A stretch of DNA of 36,288 nucleotides from the NCBI GenBank assembly GCA_021399345.1, contig JAAFKI010000057.1, forward strand, positions 1 to 36,288, in the 5' to 3' direction. This document shows, one piece after another, positions 19,482 through 28,543 of this stretch. The notes beneath the pieces are model-generated. The model was given only the letters and a program-made list of their open reading frames with translations. It did no database searches and had not been told where the DNA came from. The number at the start of each line of letters is the position of its first letter. The stretch's first letter is position 1. The position numbers were made by a program, and so were the translations under genes. This stretch comes from Candidatus Heimdallarchaeota archaeon. GTDB lineage: Archaea > Asgardarchaeota > Heimdallarchaeia > Heimdallarchaeales > Heimdallarchaeaceae.

Positions 19482-20675
19482 TTGTTCATGAGTTCTTCAA
19501 CTGATTGGCATGTAGATTTGCTAGAAATAGCTCAGAAATGCGTTTATTGCGGGTACTGTTCTTTGTGTCCAACTTTCAAAGAACTCAAGTGGGAAACATA
19601 CCATCCTAGAGGGATTCTAGAGCAAATTAGGATGTACTTTTCTGAAGGTTTAAAGGAAGAGAAGAAGGTAGAAGTATCAAAAACTCTCTTTGAAGCAGTT
19701 TTTGCTTGTACCATGTGTAAAGCATGCGAAAATATTTGTCTTGTTGATCTTCCTCTGCTCAAGGTTTGGGAGCAAGTTAGACAAGAAGCATTCAAGAAAG
19801 GTAGATGGAGTCCATTATTATTATCATTGTATAACAAAGTCAAAACAACTCAAAATATCTATGGTTTACCTGCAGAAGAAAGGTTAACATGGGCAGGTTT
19901 AGCTGGGTTAAATATGAGTAGAAGGACGAATAAGAAGGCTTCTATTGCTTATTTTGTAGGCTGTCAAGCTTCGTATTCAGGTAAAATGGGCAATGTAGCT
20001 CCAAGCGTTGTAAAAATTCTTCGTAAAACTAGAGTAAATTTCACCATTCTAGGTTTAGATGAATGGTGTTGTGGATCTCCTTTGTTTCTTGCTGGGGGTT
20101 ATTCTGTTGGAAAAACCTTTGCAAAGCATAATCTTGACAAACTAAAGGAATTAGGAGTAAAGAGGATTGTTACCGCATGTTCAGGATGCTATAGAGCTTT
20201 TAAAATCGGTTATCCTAGAGTTCTTGGGGATAAATGGGATATCGAAGTCCTACACATCACTGAATTAGCAGATGAGCTAATCAAAAATGGTAAACTCAAA
20301 CTAAAGCATTCAATCAAAGAAAAGATAACGTTCAAAGATCCCTGTGAGTTAGTCAGACACTGCGGTTTAGTTGAAGCTCCAAGAGAAGTAATCAAACAAA
20401 TACCAAATGTTAGATTTGAGGAGCTTCCTTCAAATAAAAATGATGCTCTTTGTTGTGGGGGAGGAGGATTACTCAAACTAAATGATTCTGATTTAGTAAG
20501 TCAGGTGAATTCTCATTTAATCTCAGAAATAGAATATTCAGAAGCAGAAATTGTAGCTAATGGTTGTCCAACTTGCAAAGACACAATACTAGCTGGAGTG
20601 AAGAAGAAAGGTTTGAATGTTGAGGTTTTAGACATCTCAGAATTAATAGTAAGAGCAATGGAGGGAGAACAATGA
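19482..20675 (+). CDS. Fe-S oxidoreductase, GlcF/HdrD-like (4Fe-4S clusters plus two CCG domains)
   Basis: CVYCGYCSLCP, CTMCKACENIC, EWCCG, CSGC, DPC and CCGGGG. Confidence 0.88.
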   Translation: MFMSSSTDWHVDLLEIAQKCVYCGYCSLCPTFKELKWETYHPRGILEQIRMYFSEGLKEEKKVEVSKTLFEAVFACTMCKACENICLVDLPLLKVWEQVRQEAFKKGRWSPLLLSLYNKVKTTQNIYGLPAEERLTWAGLAGLNMSRRTNKKASIAYFVGCQASYSGKMGNVAPSVVKILRKTRVNFTILGLDEWCCGSPLFLAGGYSVGKTFAKHNLDKLKELGVKRIVTACSGCYRAFKIGYPRVLGDKWDIEVLHITELADELIKNGKLKLKHSIKEKITFKDPCELVRHCGLVEAPREVIKQIPNVRFEELPSNKNDALCCGGGGLLKLNDSDLVSQVNSHLISEIEYSEAEIVANGCPTCKDTILAGVKKKGLNVEVLDISELIVRAMEGEQ

Positions 20676-22084
20676 CTTTAAAGAAAACTACTCGTACTCG
20701 TTTCACTCGATATTTAAGTAAAAATTTCAGAGATGACTATACAACATTGCAAATATATTCAAGAGATATGTCAGATCTACCTAAAGTTGTAAAACTATTT
20801 GTTGGGAATCTTCCTGATGGTGTTATCCAAGTGAGAAACACAGAAGATATGCAGAAGATCTATGAAATAGCTAATGAAACTCGTGTTCCGATCACTCAGA
20901 GAGGTGGTGGAACTGCAGGTTTTGGTGGTTGTGTTCCTTACAAAAAAGGAGTTGTTGTTGATACAAAAGGTTTAGAAAGTCACTTTTTGGTTGACCCTCT
21001 TGAACTGACAGTTACTACCTCTCCATCCATAGTATTTTCTGATCTTCAGCGTCAATTAAATCTCGAAGGTTTTTCTTTATGTTCTTATCCTTCCAGTTTT
21101 CACTCAGCAACTGTAGGTGGGTGGATAGCTCATGGTGGATATGGTATAGGAAGCATACAATATGGTGGAGCTAATGAACAGATTGCTGCTTTAGAAGTAG
21201 TGCTTCCAAATGGAGAAAGAAAAAGATATACAGAATTTGATGATATTTCATTATTTGTTGGATCACATGGAACACTAGGCACAATTACTGAAGTTGTATT
21301 AAAAATCAAATTTGATATTCCGTTAAAACACCAAGGATGTACATTTGATTCACCTTCAGAAATGCTCAAGGGATTGGAACAATTATCAAAAATTAATCCA
21401 TTCTCCATATGGTTTCTTAATCCTGATCATGTTGCATCATTCAATGAGGTATTTGGATACAATTTACCAAAAAGCTATGTGGCTATAATATCAAAAGAAG
21501 TAAGTTTCGAAGAAGAGGAGAAGGAATTCAATAACCTTTTCAACAACGCAATAAGAGCTTCTGGAGGGCAAATTCTAGATAAACGATATATTAAAGACAT
21601 TTGGGATTTCCGATTCAAAGGTTTTTCACTACTAGGTGAATGTGCTGATTATCTTGTTACTGAAGTAATTTTACCTGTAGAAACTAGTGAAAAATTCTTC
21701 AGAAAAATAGTCTCAAAATTCAAAGGGGAACTTCACTTAGAAGGTGAAATGATATCTCCAACCCATTATTCTTTGCTGATTTATCTCCTCTTTAAAGAGA
21801 AACTTTCAGAAATGAAGAAGACTATTCTGAATTTGAAACTTTACAAAATCACAACAAAGAAAAGTAGAGCAAAAGGATTCCCCTATTCAACTGGATTATG
21901 GTTTTCTGGCTACTACAGTTCAATCTATGGAAAAGAGCAATACAAAAGATACCAAGAATTTAAAAGGAAAGTAGACCCCAAAAATGTTAGTAATCCAGGA
22001 AAAGTTATATCTCCAAGAATAAGGTTTTTTCCACTTGTAAGATTAAAAGCAATTGTGAAAATAGCAAGTAGGTTGATTATATGA
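20672..22084 (+). CDS. FAD-binding oxidoreductase, GlcD/D-lactate dehydrogenase-like
   Basis: RGGGT, YPSS-x-x-SATVGGW, GSHGTLGTITE and DPKNVSNPGK. ATGA overlap with the upstream gene. Confidence 0.85.
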   Translation: MTLKKTTRTRFTRYLSKNFRDDYTTLQIYSRDMSDLPKVVKLFVGNLPDGVIQVRNTEDMQKIYEIANETRVPITQRGGGTAGFGGCVPYKKGVVVDTKGLESHFLVDPLELTVTTSPSIVFSDLQRQLNLEGFSLCSYPSSFHSATVGGWIAHGGYGIGSIQYGGANEQIAALEVVLPNGERKRYTEFDDISLFVGSHGTLGTITEVVLKIKFDIPLKHQGCTFDSPSEMLKGLEQLSKINPFSIWFLNPDHVASFNEVFGYNLPKSYVAIISKEVSFEEEEKEFNNLFNNAIRASGGQILDKRYIKDIWDFRFKGFSLLGECADYLVTEVILPVETSEKFFRKIVSKFKGELHLEGEMISPTHYSLLIYLLFKEKLSEMKKTILNLKLYKITTKKSRAKGFPYSTGLWFSGYYSSIYGKEQYKRYQEFKRKVDPKNVSNPGKVISPRIRFFPLVRLKAIVKIASRLII

Positions 22085-22518
22085 AAATAAATGATTATGA
22101 ATTCCCTGACGATTTGTTCTATGTTCTGGGAGAACCAGGCCATATGTGGATCAGAAAAATGAACGAGACTAGCATAAAAATAGGTATTGATAGTTATGCT
22201 TCATCAAGAGCTGGTACGATTGAATTTGTTCGCACAATGAAAGTTGATAAACGAGTTAAGAAAAATCAAGTAGTAGGAACATATGAAAGTGGAAAATGGG
22301 TTGGTCAAATAAAATCTCCAATTGATGGTACTATTCTAGAAAAGAATGCTGCACTTAAGGATCAACCTGAATTGATAAATTCAGATCCATACGGAGATGG
22401 ATGGTTGTTGATTATTGAAGGTAAGACCATTGATTCTCAGCTAGACGAAGATGAAAAAATTGTTTCTTCAGGGGAACAATTAGAAGAATATATCCAATGG
22501 AGAATAAGTCAAGAATAA
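22081..22518 (+). CDS. gcvH: Glycine cleavage H-like lipoyl-carrier protein
   Basis: HMW, IGI, ESGKWVG (lipoyl Lys), SPIDG and INSDPYGDGWL. Confidence 0.8.
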   Translation: MKINDYEFPDDLFYVLGEPGHMWIRKMNETSIKIGIDSYASSRAGTIEFVRTMKVDKRVKKNQVVGTYESGKWVGQIKSPIDGTILEKNAALKDQPELINSDPYGDGWLLIIEGKTIDSQLDEDEKIVSSGEQLEEYIQWRISQE

Positions 22519-22559
22519 GTTGTAATTTAGATTTAAGGTTTAGAAAATAGGAGACAATC

Positions 22560-23387
22560 ATGTCAAGCTGGTTCATTTTATTATTTGCTTTAGTTCAAGG
22601 AATATTAGAGTGGTTACCAGTCAGTTCACAAGGACAAACAGTTTCACTTTTAGTATACATTACTAAATTACCCCCTCAATTAGCTCTTGAAATTTCTATA
22701 TGGTTACATTTAGGGACATTAATTGCTGTTCTAGTTAAATATAGGAAGGAAATTTTTCAGTATCTCAATTATAAGAATAGAGAAGAGTCTGTAATTCAGT
22801 GGAGATGGTTTCTATTTTATAGTACCCTTGGAACTGTAATTACAGGAGTTCCTTGCTTTTTCCTAGTTAGATACTTCATTACAAGTCCCAGTATAGGTGA
22901 GTATGTGATGCTGGTGATTGGACTAGCTTTAATTATTACAGCATTCTTACTCTATTATTCAAAAAAACAAAAGCGAATTGGAAAAAAAATCGAAGAGTTA
23001 AACAAACTACAAATGACTTCAAGTGGCCTTCTACAAGGATTTTCCATTATCCCGGGAATAAGTAGATCAGGAATAACCATGAGTGGGTTGTTATTAATGT
23101 CCACTAATAAGGAAGATACTGTGAAAGGGAGTTTTCTAATGAGTATTCCTGCTGTTTTTGGTGGATTTATTTTGAATCTTATCGTAGTTGCTATAGAAGG
23201 GGGAAACATTTTTCCAATTGAATGGTGGCTATTACTTATCGTAGTACTATTAACCGCAATTATCGGTTATCTTACTATGGAGCTTTTCATTTTCATTGCG
23301 AGGAAGTATAACTTTGCTTTTATTTGTATGGTTCTAGGTATAATTACTCTAGTTTTGTTCTCTCTAAGATTCATAGCTATCCCATAA
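22560..23387 (+). CDS. uppP: Undecaprenyl(polyprenyl)-diphosphate phosphatase, BacA family
   Basis: QGILEWLPVSSQG, HLGT, PGISRSGIT and SFLMSIP. Multi-TM. Confidence 0.9.
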   Translation: MSSWFILLFALVQGILEWLPVSSQGQTVSLLVYITKLPPQLALEISIWLHLGTLIAVLVKYRKEIFQYLNYKNREESVIQWRWFLFYSTLGTVITGVPCFFLVRYFITSPSIGEYVMLVIGLALIITAFLLYYSKKQKRIGKKIEELNKLQMTSSGLLQGFSIIPGISRSGITMSGLLLMSTNKEDTVKGSFLMSIPAVFGGFILNLIVVAIEGGNIFPIEWWLLLIVVLLTAIIGYLTMELFIFIARKYNFAFICMVLGIITLVLFSLRFIAIP

Positions 23388-23589
23388 TGAAATTTTCCCC
23401 AAATACCACCCAATGTGCTTTAGGCTGGTTTTACTATGTGAATGTTTAAATAACTCTGATTGAATAAGCGTTAATTACTAGTTACTAGATGTTACAGTTA
23501 GCGAAAACATTAAAATAGAAAAAACTATATTAGAATTGTTCAAAATAGTACTATTCCAGTTCGCAAATCTGAAAGAAAAAGGTGAATGA

Positions 23590-24600
23590 ATGTCCTTCTA
23601 TGAATTCCGAAAACGTATTTTAGAGGAGAAGCAAAAACGAGAAAAGCAACAACGTAAACAAGAGCGGACAGGGGGAGAAAAGCAAGAATCAGTTGTAGGG
23701 AGAAACAAGTTTAGTGTCGCATTATTAGGTCTAGAAAGAGCTGGTAAAACATCTTTAGTAAAGAAATTGCTTAAGCAGGAAGATATTGTGGTTAGACCCA
23801 CATATGGAGTTAATCTAGAAAACTATCAATATCGTGATCTGAATTTCACATGTTTTGATCTAGGAGGGCATCAACCCTTCAGACTAAGTTTATGGAAGAA
23901 ATTTATTGAAAGAGCTGATTCAGTAATCTATCTAGTTGATTCAGCTGATCATGTAAGATTTGAAGAATCAAAACAAACATTTTGGCATTACATAAACTTT
24001 GCAAAACAAAGTGCTCCTGTGCTATTTCTAGCAAACAAAAGTGATTTACCGAATTCAAAAGAACTAACTGAGATTAACGAAGCTTTCGAATTAGACAAGT
24101 TCTTGAGAAATCTTAGACCATTTAACATAAAGAAAGTTTCAGCGCTAACTGGTCAAGGAGTATATGAAGCGTGGGACTGGGTAGTGGACGTTTTGTGTGG
24201 CGCGCAACAATGGAAAGTTAAGATTGGTGCTGCTGTTTTAGCTGATATAAGTGGTAATATTATCTCTGAAGCTATCTTCGGCAGACCTACTGATCAAGCT
24301 GAAATTGCTAATGATTATAAGAAGTTAAAAGAATTAACTAGAATGTTTGCTATTGATTCTAAAGAAAGCATACAATCTGTTAAATTGGAAAGTTTGTTTA
24401 AAAAGCATGTCAGTCACGTTAAGAGAGGTGCTTACTGTTTATCCGTTATGATTGATCCTATTGATCCTGTCACAAGAGCTCAACAAATCCAACTTAGAAT
24501 TCTTGAGAATTTTAGTCGAAATCCTGTAGAAGTTAAAAAGAATCTCAATGATGTGTTTGAGAGTAAGTTTCCACTAGAAGTTGAAGGAGGAAGACGTTAA
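23590..24600 (+). CDS. Arf/Sar1-family small GTPase with C-terminal longin-like domain
   Basis: GLERAGKT, PTYG, DLGGH, IYLVDSAD, NKSD and SALTGQG. Confidence 0.88.
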   Translation: MSFYEFRKRILEEKQKREKQQRKQERTGGEKQESVVGRNKFSVALLGLERAGKTSLVKKLLKQEDIVVRPTYGVNLENYQYRDLNFTCFDLGGHQPFRLSLWKKFIERADSVIYLVDSADHVRFEESKQTFWHYINFAKQSAPVLFLANKSDLPNSKELTEINEAFELDKFLRNLRPFNIKKVSALTGQGVYEAWDWVVDVLCGAQQWKVKIGAAVLADISGNIISEAIFGRPTDQAEIANDYKKLKELTRMFAIDSKESIQSVKLESLFKKHVSHVKRGAYCLSVMIDPIDPVTRAQQIQLRILENFSRNPVEVKKNLNDVFESKFPLEVEGGRR

Positions 24601-25596
24601 TTGAGTAATTATCTTTCCTTTATCAGAGACAAGTTGATTTCTTCTCAAGAACAGAAAATTCCCCAACTTGTTATATTAGGACTTGAAGGGTCAGGAAAAT
24701 CCAGTGTTGTTAGTCGTTTAATATATGGAACTATTTCTGATGGACAACCTCCTCAGTTAACTTGTTACATTAACGTTACTTATGGTAAATCTGTCATTAC
24801 TGTTCTTGAAGCAGATGAAGAAACTGCTAGAGAAAGCCCTTATTTCCAAGATATTTTAGGTAAAATTGATGGGATTGTCTTTGTTATTGATGGGCAATCC
24901 GTACGCCACATAGAGGCATCATTTGAGTATATTTTTAGTCTATTTGATAAAATTCCTCAAACAACCTCTATATTATTCTTGGCGAATAAAACAGATTTAC
25001 CAGATTCAGTACCTTTCCCAGATTTACTTCAGGATCCAGCATTTCAAGTAATCATGGATGATATTAATCGTTCAGTTTCTATTTATCCTGTAAGCATTAA
25101 AACTGGTGAAAATTTCTATACAGCTTTTGACTGGATTATTTCCAGGATGACAGGCAGAACACCATTGAGAGAAGAAGTTAATCCTAAAAGAGTTATCATT
25201 CTTCAAGAAGGCGGTGTTCCTGCATTTGATCATACTTTTGATAAATCAATAGAAGAGCATGACAGTACTTTACTGGGTGGTTTAATTAGTGCTCTAAACA
25301 TTATGGCTTCTACTATTTTTGAAAGTGAATCAGTAATGGATGTTGTCAAACTTGGTTTGATTAAAATGGTAATTCGAAAGATGAACTCTTGGAGTATCGT
25401 ATTATTCGTTGATCGAGATGATAGTGAATCAAAAGCACAATCTCTAGCAGAAGAGATTCTTAATGCTTTCATTGAAGATAAAGAACGTGATCCAACGAAA
25501 GAGATGCCAAGACAAATCAAATATGAATTTTTGTCTAAAATCCCTGAAATAGCTATATTGCTAGATCAACAACCATTAAAAAAAGAAGAATATTGA
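24601..25596 (+). CDS. Degenerate Arf-like GTPase (pseudo-GTPase candidate) with C-terminal longin domain
   Basis: GLEGSGKS, NKTD and SIKTGE are present, but G2 PT and G3 DxxG are lost (EADEE). Longin-like 'IILQEGGVPAF...DSTLLGGLISAL'. TTG start after GAAGGAGG. Confidence 0.8.
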   Translation: MSNYLSFIRDKLISSQEQKIPQLVILGLEGSGKSSVVSRLIYGTISDGQPPQLTCYINVTYGKSVITVLEADEETARESPYFQDILGKIDGIVFVIDGQSVRHIEASFEYIFSLFDKIPQTTSILFLANKTDLPDSVPFPDLLQDPAFQVIMDDINRSVSIYPVSIKTGENFYTAFDWIISRMTGRTPLREEVNPKRVIILQEGGVPAFDHTFDKSIEEHDSTLLGGLISALNIMASTIFESESVMDVVKLGLIKMVIRKMNSWSIVLFVDRDDSESKAQSLAEEILNAFIEDKERDPTKEMPRQIKYEFLSKIPEIAILLDQQPLKKEEY

Positions 25597-25605
25597 GGAA
25601 AAAAA

Positions 25606-26376
25606 ATGATAAATCCAAATGTAAGTAAAGAGCCAGTTTTGGTATTTAGTATCTTTAAAGACTATGGCCCTGAAATTTTGTTTAATAATTCTACACTTGA
25701 AGAAAATGTAGCTCTTACTCTGGTAATGCAAGGAATGACATTAGTTGAAATGGACAAAGGTTCAATTGGAAGAGTGGATGGAACTAAGAATCCAAAGATG
25801 CTTGGACCGCTTCCAGTACCTGAAAATGAACAACTGAAAGCAATAGTTATTCCTTTTGAAACAGAAATAACCTCCTCAACAGATGAAAGAATTGCAGCAG
25901 CTGGGTATCGTCTATGTGTAGCTTATTTCCTTTTTGAAGGAAGTGCTGTTAGAGATGTTTTAGATAGTTATGGACTAATAGAACCGTACTTCACTCTTAT
26001 TGGTAGAAGTCTGCAAAAAGAATCTGCCATCAACCCCACCTCAATTAAGCAGCTCTACACAAGAATGATAGATATGTTCTCTGGAAAAATACCTAGAATT
26101 TACGCTATTAATTCTGATAATTCTCTTAAAGAAATGATTGGTAAAAGATTGGAATATGCTGATACTTATCTTCTATGTGATTTGGATAAGAAAATAATGT
26201 ATATTCTATTGTATAACCCCTCAATGGATGTTTGGAGAAGAAGAGATATCTTCAAAGTTGCTTCAGAACTTAACTCAAGCATGTTCAGAAGCTCAATGAG
26301 AATAAATACCATAGACGATGTTAAAGAAATGGTAAGGATACTTGAAATTCTGAATATAGAAATTGCTCCCGTTTAA
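25606..26376 (+). CDS. uDENN/longin-like domain protein with possible C-terminal gelsolin-like domain
   Basis: LVFSIFKDYGP...MLGPLPVP...DER. C-terminal DTYLLCD...IMYIL...RRDIFKVASELN. Confidence 0.6.
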   Translation: MINPNVSKEPVLVFSIFKDYGPEILFNNSTLEENVALTLVMQGMTLVEMDKGSIGRVDGTKNPKMLGPLPVPENEQLKAIVIPFETEITSSTDERIAAAGYRLCVAYFLFEGSAVRDVLDSYGLIEPYFTLIGRSLQKESAINPTSIKQLYTRMIDMFSGKIPRIYAINSDNSLKEMIGKRLEYADTYLLCDLDKKIMYILLYNPSMDVWRRRDIFKVASELNSSMFRSSMRINTIDDVKEMVRILEILNIEIAPV

Positions 26377-26419
26377 TCCTTTTCTTTTTCATACTGCTCA
26401 ATTGGCACAAGGATATGAG

Positions 26420-26836
26420 TTAAGAGTTAGGCACAAAACTCATCATTGCTAAATCTTCTCGAGGGTGCCATCCTATTTTCTTGTAAAAATCAATTACACC
26501 TTCATTGTCAACTTCAATAAATAGGTGAACCTTCACTATCTCTTTCTCTCTAAATCGGTTATGAAGTTCTTCCATCATTTCTTTCCCTATTCCAAACCTT
26601 TGGTATTCAGGATCTACTGCTAAATGATGAACATAACCTCTTCTTCCATCAAAAGCCCCCATAACTACTGCAACAATTCTGTCTTGTTTTTTCCCAACTA
26701 TAAATAGATCTTTAGTATAACTTAATGCACGTTCAACTTCTTCTTCTGTATCAGATTTCCCCAAAGTGAGTCCTGTTTTTTCCCATATCTGTTTCACTTC
26801 TTGATACATTTCCATTGTGAATTGTTCAATTTTCAT
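26420..26836 (-). CDS. GNAT N-acetyltransferase (YpeA-like)
   Basis: DGRRGYVHHLAVDPEYQRFGIG and N-x-x-V-x-x-FY-x-x-x-GW. Confidence 0.9.
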   Translation of the reverse strand: MKIEQFTMEMYQEVKQIWEKTGLTLGKSDTEEEVERALSYTKDLFIVGKKQDRIVAVVMGAFDGRRGYVHHLAVDPEYQRFGIGKEMMEELHNRFREKEIVKVHLFIEVDNEGVIDFYKKIGWHPREDLAMMSFVPNS

Positions 26837-26904
26837 TAAGTAAAATTCCCTTATTTGTTAAAATATTTTTCCTATCTAAACATTCTAAAAGACCTAAATC
26901 TTTA

Positions 26905-27543
26905 GTGTTTAATATGATATCCAAAAAGGTCATTTTACTTCTTAGCGGAGGTTTTGATAGTGGTCTTGCCGGATATTTATTACAAAAAGTAGGATATGAA
27001 ATCATACCATTACATCTCTCCAATGTTGATTTTGCTGGAGAAGAATCAATAGAGAAGAGTATTGAACTGTCTAAGAAATTTGGTTGGGATAAATTTTATG
27101 TTATTGATATAGCGGATGCATTGCAATCATTTGTTGATAATTGCAAGCATTCTTACTATTTTGTTTTGATGAAAAGATTCATGCTTCAAATTGCAGGAGA
27201 AATCGTTAAAATAGAAGATGCAGAGTATATAGGAACTGGAGAAAGTCTTGGTCAAGTTTCAAGTCAAACACTGGCAAATATTTCTGTGATAGAGCAAGCA
27301 GCTAGTTTTCGAGTACTTAAACCTCTCATAACATTTGATAAAGACAAAATAGTTTCTATGACCAGAGTAATTGAAACATTTGATATTTCATCTGGTCCAG
27401 AAATATGTGATCTTCTAGGTCCTAAACATCCAATAATTAATGCTACTCTTGAGTATGTATTAAATGAAGAAATGAAGATTCAAGAATTGAATATAATCTC
27501 AAACTCTCTTGAAAATTTACGTATAATAGATTTAACGAAATGA
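26905..27543 (+). CDS. ThiI-like PP-loop tRNA thiolation protein without THUMP domain
   Basis: LLSGGFDS, TGESLGQVSSQTLAN, KPL and C-x-x-x-x-PKHP. The start may be the ATG at 26914. Confidence 0.8.
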   Translation: MFNMISKKVILLLSGGFDSGLAGYLLQKVGYEIIPLHLSNVDFAGEESIEKSIELSKKFGWDKFYVIDIADALQSFVDNCKHSYYFVLMKRFMLQIAGEIVKIEDAEYIGTGESLGQVSSQTLANISVIEQAASFRVLKPLITFDKDKIVSMTRVIETFDISSGPEICDLLGPKHPIINATLEYVLNEEMKIQELNIISNSLENLRIIDLTK

Positions 27544-27546
27544 ATT

Positions 27547-28455
27547 TTATTTAATTAGTTCTTTAGTATTAAGAATCTCCTCTGCAATCTTGCTATAATT
27601 TTTAGAAGATAAAGTGCGAATTTTGCTATATTGAACCTTTTCAGCGGCTAGAGCCATTCCGAAAGCTATACAGAAATCAACATCTTTGTTTTTAATAATT
27701 TCTGCTAATATTCCTGTCATCAGTACATCTCCTGCACCTGTTGGATCAAGTTCATCTCTGGTTGGAGATTTAAGACTGTAAATCTTTTCACCTTCATTAA
27801 ATACCACACCTTGTATGCCTGATGTAATGACATTGGTTACATTTATTGGAAGAGATTTGAATATGTCCGAATAGGATTTCTTCAGTGTAAATGCCTCTGC
27901 TTCTTTTAAAGAAAATTTAACAATATCAACATCTTCTAAGATGCTCTTAACATATTTATTATCAAATTCCAAAACAATTTTTCTATTTCTATCTGTGTTC
28001 CTAACTAAGCCTTGAACATCAAGTCCTATATATTCATGGTTATTATTAGCCCATTTAACAGATAGATTAGATATCTCTCTGAATACAGGGGAAATCAAAC
28101 AAGCTTTACCCCCCTTCTGTTCTTCTACAAATTCATCAAGGCTGTCTGCTTGCGCCAACAAAAACATCGTCCTTTTATTTTTGTAAATTTTATGTAAAAA
28201 TTTAGTTGACTTTTCACCTATGAGAATCTCTAATTCCAACCTGTTTATAGAAGAAAGATAGTGTAGATAAACTTCTGGGAAATCTTTGCCAACAGAAGTG
28301 ATTATTTTAGTTTTCAAAGAGAGAAGAGGTGTAACCATTGTTGCATAAGCTGGTGGTCCTCCAAGAACTGATTTCTCCCTCTTAACTGGTTTAACATCTA
28401 AGAATTCTTTATCATCCAAAACTAGATGACTAATCACATTCAAATCAGCAGACAC
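27547..28455 (-). CDS. PfkB/ribokinase-family kinase
   Basis: LGGPPAY, VGKDF, DVQG, K-x-S-x-x-EA and DPTGAGD. Confidence 0.88.
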   Translation of the reverse strand: MSADLNVISHLVLDDKEFLDVKPVKREKSVLGGPPAYATMVTPLLSLKTKIITSVGKDFPEVYLHYLSSINRLELEILIGEKSTKFLHKIYKNKRTMFLLAQADSLDEFVEEQKGGKACLISPVFREISNLSVKWANNNHEYIGLDVQGLVRNTDRNRKIVLEFDNKYVKSILEDVDIVKFSLKEAEAFTLKKSYSDIFKSLPINVTNVITSGIQGVVFNEGEKIYSLKSPTRDELDPTGAGDVLMTGILAEIIKNKDVDFCIAFGMALAAEKVQYSKIRTLSSKNYSKIAEEILNTKELIK

Positions 28456-28543
28456 AAAATTCCTTTATAAGGAATGTACTTAAGTTTTATTACCTTAAAA
28501 CAAATGGAAAAGATTTTTGAAGGAGGTAAGTTAATATGTAGAC

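Noticed and set aside
25594-25596. Selenocysteine TGA
   Set aside because: There is no Cys-equivalent catalytic context, no recognisable SECIS, and a normal ATG follows.
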